Notes under the pieces: model-generated
Told to the model about the DNA's origin: nothing
Databases searched by the model: none
What the model saw: the letters and a program-made list of their open reading frames with translations, nothing else
Source: a virus
Taxonomy: Duplodnaviria > Caudoviricetes
DNA length: 64,000 nt
Strand: one strand, 5' to 3'
Virus record (IMG/VR): IMGVR_UViG_3300025267_002170
Position numbers and translations under genes: made by a program
Part shown: positions 56,642-64,000 of the stretch, piece by piece
Layout of the letters: each line of letters opens with the position of its first letter
How positions within the stretch are numbered: position 1 is the stretch's first letter

Positions 56642-57297
56642 TGATTAATCTAGTTCCCTACCACGAAGCAATCAACTATGTTCAAGAAGCTGATGTTTTA
56701 CTGTTTCGTGGTAGGGGTCTGATAAGCTGGCTAATAAAAAGATATGGAAGCGGGGTGCATAGTCACGCGGCTATGGCCCACTGGGATGGGGATAACATTG
56801 AATGCGTGGAGTTTAGGGAATTTCGCGGAGGTAGGTCGGTGTCTCTTAAAACACAAGTAGACACTCATCCAGATAACATAGATGTTTTTAGACCATCAAA
56901 TCTCATATCCTATAATCAATTTTCATCTTGGCCTGAAAACAACGAGAATCGTTCCGTAAAAGTTGAGTACGAAAATAAGCAACTCGAATATAAATTTGAT
57001 GCGGGAGTTGCAAAAAACGTTACGGATACGATGTTAAAGCTTACTGGTCTTCCTTATGGCTGGAAGAACTTTGTCAAGCTTGGAAAACACTATCTTCCTT
57101 TTTGCAGGCTCGCACCACAAAATATCAAAGATGATGAACCCAACGAGGTTTTTGTGTGTAGCACAGCCGTAACCTATGCTTACCGAATTAATTACTTAGA
57201 CCCATGTCCCTTTTTGGCAGACGCGGCCACAACGCCAGCCGATTTGGCTCGCTCTCCTTTGTTTAAGTATCAGTTCACCCTCGAAAAAGATTGGTAA
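56641..57297 (+). CDS. Permuted papain-like NlpC/P60 (YiiX/YebB-like) enzyme
   Basis: DVLLFRG, SHAAM, G.PY, FVCS..V..AY, TPADL. Confidence 0.8.
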   Translation: MINLVPYHEAINYVQEADVLLFRGRGLISWLIKRYGSGVHSHAAMAHWDGDNIECVEFREFRGGRSVSLKTQVDTHPDNIDVFRPSNLISYNQFSSWPENNENRSVKVEYENKQLEYKFDAGVAKNVTDTMLKLTGLPYGWKNFVKLGKHYLPFCRLAPQNIKDDEPNEVFVCSTAVTYAYRINYLDPCPFLADAATTPADLARSPLFKYQFTLEKDW

Positions 57298-57303
57298 GCT
57301 ATA

Positions 57304-59325
57304 ATGAATAAGCTAATATTCTCAATCGTTTTTGGATTGGGTGTGTTGCTTTCTAGCATCGCAGAAGCAAAACCCCTAACGATGGACCAAGCCCTAGAGG
57401 CTGTTTGTAGAGTCAGTACAAGTGGAGCTAGAGGAAGCGGTACAGTATTTGCAGAAGACGAAGATAAGTATTTTATTCTAACTAATGGACACGTTATAGA
57501 CCGCGCCAGAAGAGGGCATGTAGAATTTTTTCAGAGTGGCTACAAGTCTGCCATGCTACCGTTTAAGACTGAATATGTCGAATATAAAGATGGCACTGCT
57601 CTTGACCTAGCCGTAATTTCTGTAAAAAAGAAATACTTTGGTAGATATCCACCAAGAATTATCCCTCTTGCCCCAAAGGGTACAGAAATCAAGCCAAACG
57701 ATTATATTATGGCTGGCGGTTGTCCAAGCGGACAGTGGGCCATGGCTTGGTACGGTAGAGTTATAAGAAATACCGGTGCTGTCGTAAGCTTTAACGCTGC
57801 TCCAATAGGTGGTCAATCTGGTAGTGGCGTTCTCGTCCTAATCAAAGATGAAAAGGATGAACTTCAAACTCGCATAGGTGTTTTACTTGCTTGGCGAGTC
57901 GGAGATGGCGCTTGGACAGACGATGGACCAGATGACTACGGCGCTGGTCTATCTCTTAAACAAATCTATGAAATTATTGAAGGTAACGGTCATGGACATC
58001 CAATCGAAACTTCTTACAGAGTTGTCCGCGATGGCCACGACCACCCAAAAGAAAAAACTTCTAAGCCCCAACCGGAACGAATGAAAAAGGTTTGCCCTCA
58101 ATGCAAGCAAGGGATGGGTGAACATATCATAATTCCAGAAAAGGGTGGCCTAAGAAGAACCAAAAACGGCGAATTCATGTACTGCCCCATTGTAACTCTT
58201 GAAGATGGCAGCATGCGCAAGAGTCTAGATTTCTTTAAGGGCATAAAGATTAAAGAGCTATATAACGGAGAAGGTCTTTTCCCTTGGTGTCCATTCAACA
58301 ACCCGTGCCCACCACCAAACCCAAACCCACAGCCACCCGGAGGTGGTCCCCCAGATGGTGGAGGCGGGTTCAATGGTTGGCCGGGAAGACCAGACCCCGG
58401 TGGTCCTGTAGAACCGGGTCCAGACTTCGACAAAGAACGTCAAGAATATCTTGATATGATTGTAGAGCTTAAAGAGAAGCTAACAAATTTAGAAGCCCTG
58501 CATGAAAGTCTAAAGGCTGAATTGTCTGGGGTATCTGGGAACCTATCAAGTTCTCAAAACGAAATCAATGGACTGAAAGACCTTCTCGGAAGAGTTGAAG
58601 GCGAAAAGGGTTCGCTTTCTTCTAGGATAGAAAACCTGCTTGTTTTAATTGGCAAAAAGGATAAGTTAATCGAAGGCTCAGAACATTACCTTGATGATAT
58701 GACTGGCGGAAACGGTAACACTGTAGAAAACGTTAGTCTAACCCTAGGTGGCATGAGCCTTGGGGCGTTGGCTCTAAAATATGGAGTGCCTTTGGTACTA
58801 GGAAGAATTGGAAGAAGGCGTCGAAGGAAAGATGAAGAAGAAGAAGAAGAAGAAAATGAAGAAAATTGTGACAATGAGACAGAGGGATTGGGGTATAATA
58901 GTGATGATGGCTGTGATTGTGAATCTAAGAAACATGAGCATATTCATGAACATTTTCACAAATATGAACATCCCAATGGCGGGTTTGTCATGACGCCAGA
59001 TGAGCTTCCAAACCCTCAAACTACTTACGAGATAGATGAAAACTTGAAGAATCAAGTAGAGGGGAGCAGCGGACTCAATCCGGGCTTTGTTCCCTACGGT
59101 CTTCCAGTTTCTTCGCCATACTATCAACAACCAGTAGCTGCTCATGGCCTCCCGCCTCAGTTTATTAACATTCCTTTCGCTACAAGAAAGAAAGTTACCG
59201 CTGAGCAAATCATGACTATAATTGGAGAACTAGTCAACGAATATACTGATGACCAAACCATGACTGTTAATCAAATTAACACGCTACTTAGACAAAGATT
59301 GAAAGAAAAATTTAACGTCGACTAA
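57304..59325 (+). CDS. Exported trypsin-like serine protease with Pro-rich linker, coiled coil and hydrophobic segment
   Basis: Signal peptide; TNGHV, DLAVI and GGQSGS triad motifs. Confidence 0.8.
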   Translation: MNKLIFSIVFGLGVLLSSIAEAKPLTMDQALEAVCRVSTSGARGSGTVFAEDEDKYFILTNGHVIDRARRGHVEFFQSGYKSAMLPFKTEYVEYKDGTALDLAVISVKKKYFGRYPPRIIPLAPKGTEIKPNDYIMAGGCPSGQWAMAWYGRVIRNTGAVVSFNAAPIGGQSGSGVLVLIKDEKDELQTRIGVLLAWRVGDGAWTDDGPDDYGAGLSLKQIYEIIEGNGHGHPIETSYRVVRDGHDHPKEKTSKPQPERMKKVCPQCKQGMGEHIIIPEKGGLRRTKNGEFMYCPIVTLEDGSMRKSLDFFKGIKIKELYNGEGLFPWCPFNNPCPPPNPNPQPPGGGPPDGGGGFNGWPGRPDPGGPVEPGPDFDKERQEYLDMIVELKEKLTNLEALHESLKAELSGVSGNLSSSQNEINGLKDLLGRVEGEKGSLSSRIENLLVLIGKKDKLIEGSEHYLDDMTGGNGNTVENVSLTLGGMSLGALALKYGVPLVLGRIGRRRRRKDEEEEEEENEENCDNETEGLGYNSDDGCDCESKKHEHIHEHFHKYEHPNGGFVMTPDELPNPQTTYEIDENLKNQVEGSSGLNPGFVPYGLPVSSPYYQQPVAAHGLPPQFINIPFATRKKVTAEQIMTIIGELVNEYTDDQTMTVNQINTLLRQRLKEKFNVD

Positions 59326-59347
59326 TCCCATAAGGAGGGTATTAAAC

Positions 59348-60136
59348 ATGTCCGATAATTTAGTAATTCCAGTTCACGACGCCATTCTTCCCTATATGTT
59401 TCAGGGCGTGAAGTGGGCGATTCCCAATGTTGGCGACAACAAGGAAACCCACAACCTAGCTATGGCCAGACTTTTTGAAAAAGTTGGTGAGCATGTTCAG
59501 GCTTTCAGTGTTCGCACTGATTGCTTCGTTCCCGGTCCCCCGACGCTAGGCGCTGTAAAGCATCATCACAATATGTTTGTTCGTTTGTGCAACCTAATTG
59601 ATACAAACACCAAACGTGATAACATGGAGAGACTTGAAGCTCATCACATTACGCACGAGCGTAGAGCTTTCAAGATTTATCCCGTTCGATACTTTGATGT
59701 GAAGAACGACTACTGTCGTAGGTGGATTGAGCTTTGCCTACAGGCTATGAGCAACATTTCCCAGTTGACTGAAAACACTTGGGCAAATGACTGGTCAGAA
59801 GCCACTGGCAAGGAAATGAAAAAGCTTTTCCGAGAAGGCTATCGCCTAATGTGCGTAGAGCTATTCAACGTGCCAGTTATTGAAGCCGAAAAAGTTTTTG
59901 ATGAAAGCACCCCATTCTTCTTGACAAAGAACCATTTTGAAACTTATGATGTTGGACATATTCCAACAATCGAATGGATTAAGCATCCTGCTCTAGGTGG
60001 CGAATTTACTGAAGACGAACTTCGCCCAATCTCAACGACTAACGTTCCGGTTGCTCCCGGCGTTGCTGAGAATGATGGCAATACTCCACAGAGAGAGTTG
60101 GAAAGACGTATGCAGGGTGGTGAGGTTGTTGAATAA
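59348..60136 (+). CDS. Hypothetical protein
   Basis: AAGGAGG RBS; 262 aa. Confidence 0.8.
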   Translation: MSDNLVIPVHDAILPYMFQGVKWAIPNVGDNKETHNLAMARLFEKVGEHVQAFSVRTDCFVPGPPTLGAVKHHHNMFVRLCNLIDTNTKRDNMERLEAHHITHERRAFKIYPVRYFDVKNDYCRRWIELCLQAMSNISQLTENTWANDWSEATGKEMKKLFREGYRLMCVELFNVPVIEAEKVFDESTPFFLTKNHFETYDVGHIPTIEWIKHPALGGEFTEDELRPISTTNVPVAPGVAENDGNTPQRELERRMQGGEVVE

Positions 60137-60182
60137 GTAACTTCAACCCGTTATTAATTAAAGACACAGAGGAAGGATTCCG

Positions 60183-61163
60183 ATGAAGAAGATTTTTTGG
60201 ACAGGATTGCTATCTGTTTTTATCTTTGCCACGAGCGTCTTCGCTCAGGACAATCGACTGTATCAACATCTACAGGATGTTTCAGTTACGGTTAAGTCTG
60301 GGTTCGGTGAAGGCTCTGGCGTTATTATTACGCGAGATGTTGAAGTGGTCCCCAATGTTAAGCAGAAGGTCAACTTTGTATGGACCGCTGCGCACGTAGT
60401 AGACGGACTAAGGTCTGTCAGGGTAGAAATCAAGAATGGCAAACCTCAGACAGTTGTTGAGTTTAAAGATGCTCAGATTGTCAAGGAGTTAGTTGAAGAC
60501 GGTCGCCGTGTTGGCGAAATCAAGATGGAAGCCAAGGTCATTAAGTACTCGGATGCTGAAAACGGAGAAGACTTGGCTCTCTTGATGGTTAGAAAGAAAG
60601 GCTTTATCGATAAGACTGTTACTTTCTATAAGAATGAAGGCAAGCCAGTGGCTATTGGTACTGAGCTATATCATGTCGGCTCTTTACTAGGCCAAGTAGG
60701 CAGTAACTCGATGACGCGAGGAATTTGTTCTCAAGTTGGTAGAGTTCTTGATTTGGGCAATGGTGACGGAGTTGTGTTTGACCAAACAACAGTTACCGCA
60801 TTTCCGGGTTCTAGTGGCGGTGGAGTATTTCTAAGCGAAAGGTCTGGAGAAAAGGCTGGCCAGTATGTGGGGATGCTTGTTAGAGGAGCCGGTGAAACTT
60901 TCAACCTAATTGTACCGGTTAGAAGAATGAGAAAGTACGCCGAGGAAGAAGGGGTTCTGTGGGCTATTGACACAGATGCAAAGGTTCCCTCCCTGAAAGG
61001 AGTCCTCTCTCTAAGCCCAGAAGGAAGCTCATCAGTTTCCAATTCAAAAAACGAGAAGAACAACGCTCCCACAAAAGATGGTTTGAGATTCCCAGTTCTT
61101 CCAGTAACCAGAGATTCAAGTAACAATACTAGACTTCCAGACACAAAGAAGCCACTACGATGA
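60183..61163 (+). CDS. Exported trypsin-like serine protease
   Basis: Signal peptide; TAAHVV, DLALL, PGSSGGG. Confidence 0.88.
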   Translation: MKKIFWTGLLSVFIFATSVFAQDNRLYQHLQDVSVTVKSGFGEGSGVIITRDVEVVPNVKQKVNFVWTAAHVVDGLRSVRVEIKNGKPQTVVEFKDAQIVKELVEDGRRVGEIKMEAKVIKYSDAENGEDLALLMVRKKGFIDKTVTFYKNEGKPVAIGTELYHVGSLLGQVGSNSMTRGICSQVGRVLDLGNGDGVVFDQTTVTAFPGSSGGGVFLSERSGEKAGQYVGMLVRGAGETFNLIVPVRRMRKYAEEEGVLWAIDTDAKVPSLKGVLSLSPEGSSSVSNSKNEKNNAPTKDGLRFPVLPVTRDSSNNTRLPDTKKPLR

Positions 61164-61486
61164 AAACCACAACCAATCTCTTGCTGCTTTTTCTTTCTTG
61201 CACAGCGGCCAATATTGGGCTGTCTTTATATTATTTTGAATCAAAAAATAAAGAAGAAAACCCACCCCAAAAATCGGTCTCTGTTGCTGGACATGAAGCC
61301 GCAGCAATAACCTCTGCTTTAGCAAATGTACATAATCAAGCTATCTATAGAGATAGCGTTACGGTGCAAGAGGTTCTTAAACTTCAGCACCATCTCAATA
61401 TGCACGGGAAAAGAGTTCCGATGTGCCCCGATTGCAGAGTGGGGAATAGAACTACAGAATATAAATATACCATGGATGATTTTTAA
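61160..61486 (+). CDS. Membrane-anchored protein with H-x4-H-x6-CPxC motif
   Basis: TM helix plus HHLNMHGKRVPMCPDC. Confidence 0.65.
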   Translation: MKTTTNLLLLFLSCTAANIGLSLYYFESKNKEENPPQKSVSVAGHEAAAITSALANVHNQAIYRDSVTVQEVLKLQHHLNMHGKRVPMCPDCRVGNRTTEYKYTMDDF

Positions 61487-61526
61487 ATGAAACGGATTTT
61501 GTATTACCTTTTACTGAGGAGAAACA

Positions 61527-61700
61527 ATGTCTGAGAAGTTCGCACTACTACTAAAGTCTAGAAGATTCTGGGTCGCTGTTGGTGGCATTGTTGTCACTAC
61601 CACAAACATCTTCGGCCTAGACCTTAATCCAGAGCAAGTTAATAACATCGTTCTTATTGGCGGTGCTTGGATTGTTGGTGACAGTCTAAGAAGCTCTTAA
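61527..61700 (+). CDS. Holin-like 57-aa two-TM protein
   Basis: GAGGAG RBS; MSEKFALLLKSRRFWVAVGG...; below the ORF-track cutoff. Confidence 0.6.
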   Translation: MSEKFALLLKSRRFWVAVGGIVVTTTNIFGLDLNPEQVNNIVLIGGAWIVGDSLRSS

Positions 61701-61709
61701 AGGAAAAAA

Positions 61710-62051
61710 ATGTCTTTAGGAAATTGGGGAGAACCCCTAACAAGGATAGTTAATTATCTAGTCCCACCGGAAAGCCGAAAAAAGACACTGTCTTGCGCAG
61801 AGCTATTTAAAAGCCTGCACGATGAGTCAGGGGTCACCGTTTCAAACCTTGACAACATCGCAGAGGTGTGCAAAGATGGGGGAGATTCCCATTTTGCGGC
61901 GGCTGCAAAGTGTCTTGGCTTTCGGGGGGACTATGATATAGTCTCCGAAGCATCACAGCTTAAACAGGAATACGACCTCTGTCTTATTCCTAAAAACCTT
62001 AAGCCAAAACAGAAAGGCAGTATTGTAGCTAAGCACATACTAAAGAAGTAA
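61710..62051 (+). CDS. Hypothetical protein
   Basis: AAGGA RBS. Confidence 0.6.
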   Translation: MSLGNWGEPLTRIVNYLVPPESRKKTLSCAELFKSLHDESGVTVSNLDNIAEVCKDGGDSHFAAAAKCLGFRGDYDIVSEASQLKQEYDLCLIPKNLKPKQKGSIVAKHILKK

Positions 62052-62137
62052 AATGGGAAAAACAGTACGAAAGAAGAGCAAGCGCGATAAAAAGCGATTA
62101 AAAAGAGAAAACCGCAGCCGAAAGAATAAGCGAAGCA

Positions 62138-62602
62138 ATGACAGAGAGACCGTCATGGAATGAATACTTCATGGGCATGGCTCGCTACGCCTCCGTAAGA
62201 AGTCATGACTCTCAAACTAAAGTTGGTTGCGTTATAGTCGGTAGTCCTAACGTGGTTGTTGGAGTCGGGTACAACGGCTTCTGTTCTAATGTTAAAGAAG
62301 AAGGACTTCCCACAACCAGACCTGACAAATATCCATTTATTGTACACGCAGAAGCTAATGCTATAAGTAATCTAGTTGTGAAACAGATTGATTACTACAA
62401 GGCTTACATTACACATCTACCCTGTGCTAATTGTGCAAAGCTGTTGTGGCAAAGCGGTGTTCAAGAATGGTATGTTCCGAAAGGGTCTAAGGCTCATGGA
62501 GAAACAGAGGAAGACAAAATTGTCTATGAACATCTTACAGATAACGGATTAGAAATTACATATTTAGATATGTCAGGTCGCTGGAACGGTCTGTTCTTTT
62601 AA
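62138..62602 (+). CDS. dCMP deaminase
   Basis: RPSWNEYFM, VGCVIV, GYNG, HAEANA, PCANC. Confidence 0.92.
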   Translation: MTERPSWNEYFMGMARYASVRSHDSQTKVGCVIVGSPNVVVGVGYNGFCSNVKEEGLPTTRPDKYPFIVHAEANAISNLVVKQIDYYKAYITHLPCANCAKLLWQSGVQEWYVPKGSKAHGETEEDKIVYEHLTDNGLEITYLDMSGRWNGLFF

Positions 62603-62607
62603 GAGTA

Positions 62608-63051
62608 ATGGCAACTAGAATATTCCATAATGGACCACCCAAGCATTTAAGAAAAATGAAACAACCTCCAAATGGCTGGACCACAGAAGTAGAAATAAAA
62701 AGAGTGTATGACGGAGACACTCTTATAGTAGACGTACATAGAACCCTGACAGTTAGACTGAAAGATTGCTGGTGTTCAGAAATTAGAACTAGAGATAAAG
62801 AGGAAAAGAAAAAAGGAATCGCGGCTAGAAATCATTTAAGAGAAATTTTGTTAGAAGAGAAAAACGAAGACACCGGAAAACTGGAATACATAAAAGCTGT
62901 CCTCCACATACCTGCTAGTGAAGATTCCGAGCTTAAGGATGTGTTTACTTTCGGAAGGGTTTTGGGACATATCTTCATAGATGGTAAAGACGTATCAGAA
63001 ATCATGATAGAGTCTGGACATGCTACAAAAGAAAAAGACAGGAAAAACTGA
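62608..63051 (+). CDS. Thermonuclease (SNase-like)
   Basis: RVYDGDT, VRL, FGRVLG. Confidence 0.85.
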   Translation: MATRIFHNGPPKHLRKMKQPPNGWTTEVEIKRVYDGDTLIVDVHRTLTVRLKDCWCSEIRTRDKEEKKKGIAARNHLREILLEEKNEDTGKLEYIKAVLHIPASEDSELKDVFTFGRVLGHIFIDGKDVSEIMIESGHATKEKDRKN

Positions 63052-64000
63052 TGTCAGTAGCGGAGCTACAGAACTATACTTTTGTTGGTAAATACGCCAG
63101 ATGGATTCCCGAAAAGAAAAGAAGAGAAACGTGGAAGGAAAGTGTAGAACGTGTTGAAGGGATGATGCTTGAGTCCTACCCCTCTGTCCCAGAGGAAATT
63201 GAATGGGCTTATGACATGATGAATAGAAAGCGCGTTCTGGGTTCTCAACGTGCCCTCCAGTTTGGAGGCTCCCCCGTGCTAAAACACAACGCGAGAATTT
63301 ACAATTGTATAGCCTCCTATGTAGATAGGCCGAGGTTTTTTCAGGAATGCATGTATCTTCTTTTGTGTGGTTGCGGTACTGGATTCTCCGTCCAAAGACA
63401 TCATGTAGAAAAGTTACCCAAACTAGTTCAGAAGAAGGATGGTACTAAAAAATTTACCATTCCAGACACAATAGAAGGGTGGTCTGACGCCGTTGGCGTT
63501 TTAGTCAACAGCTATTTCCAGCAGGATGATTTTTTTCTAGACTACGTGGGCAAAACAGTATCATTTGACTACTCTGAAATCAGGCCCGCTGGTTCATATC
63601 TAAGCTCAAGCTCTGGCAAGGCGCCCGGTCCTGAACCATTGAAAAAAGCTCTGACAAATATTAAGAAAGTTTTAGATAAAGTATTGAAGGATGCGCTATT
63701 TTCAACTAGAAAACTGAGACCTATAGATGTTTATGACGTGGTCATGCATGCTGCCGATGCTGTTATTTCTGGCGGTGTACGTAGGAGTGCTACGATTTGT
63801 CTTTTTTCACCAGACGACAAAGAGATGGCACTGGCAAAAACTGGCAATTGGTTTCATGATAATCCTCAACGTGGTCGTTCTAATAACTCTGCTCTTTTAC
63901 TGCGTGGTGAGACCAGTCCTGAACAATTTACATCATTGATGGAGTCGGTTAAGGAGTTCGGAGAACCGGGATTTGTATGGGCAGATTCCACTGAGCTTAT
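63051..64000 (+). CDS. nrdJ: Ribonucleotide reductase, NrdJ/RTPR-like (runs off window)
   Basis: Hand translation: KYARW...RRETW, SQRALQFGG, IYNC, LLLCGCGTGFSVQ, DTIEGW, GGVRRSA, PQRGRSNNS. Class II versus a related class I clade cannot be settled from this fragment. Confidence 0.8.
   Translation, partial: MSVAELQNYTFVGKYARWIPEKKRRETWKESVERVEGMMLESYPSVPEEIEWAYDMMNRKRVLGSQRALQFGGSPVLKHNARIYNCIASYVDRPRFFQECMYLLLCGCGTGFSVQRHHVEKLPKLVQKKDGTKKFTIPDTIEGWSDAVGVLVNSYFQQDDFFLDYVGKTVSFDYSEIRPAGSYLSSSSGKAPGPEPLKKALTNIKKVLDKVLKDALFSTRKLRPIDVYDVVMHAADAVISGGVRRSATICLFSPDDKEMALAKTGNWFHDNPQRGRSNNSALLLRGETSPEQFTSLMESVKEFGEPGFVWADSTEL

Noticed and set aside
63727-63939. 70-aa hydrophobic ORF
   Set aside because: It is out of frame inside the RNR gene starting at 63051.

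Overview
This is a 64-kb segment of a large lytic dsDNA phage genome. It carries rIIA/rIIB, ssb, an NrdJ-like RNR, three sigma70-like genes, a probable terminase N-terminus, tmRNA and two tRNAs, and no ribosomal or other host core genes. Several indirect hints suggest a Planctomycetota-like host (inference). There are three zones. (1) 1-6.7 kb is an AT-rich minus-strand block: ERCC4 nuclease, HNH, OCD-family enzyme, gmd, an ExbB/ExbD-like module and a sigma factor. (2) About 7.0-23.9 kb is a GC-rich plus-strand array of 26 cassettes. Each cassette starts with a ~74-bp double-dyad repeat (two 25-bp 9-7-9 palindromes always 49 bp apart), usually followed by a sigma70-type promoter with a CGATA spacer motif. 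The cargo is micro-ORFs (many are 19-50 aa membrane peptides missed by the ORF track) or structured non-coding RNA. Paralogous cargo recurs in shuffled order, and a 1030-bp duplication ends inside the repeats. This array is the best candidate for an undescribed system: an integron/PeSL-like shufflable early-gene array. (3) 24-64 kb is AT-rich plus-strand sequence with many auxiliary metabolic genes. These include what looks like a complete Arg->Orn->Pro/P5C->Glu route plus lysine 6-aminotransferase, class I aldolase, glycan enzymes and a protease-rich envelope/lysis-like block. All family calls come from motif recognition by eye; no searches were run.
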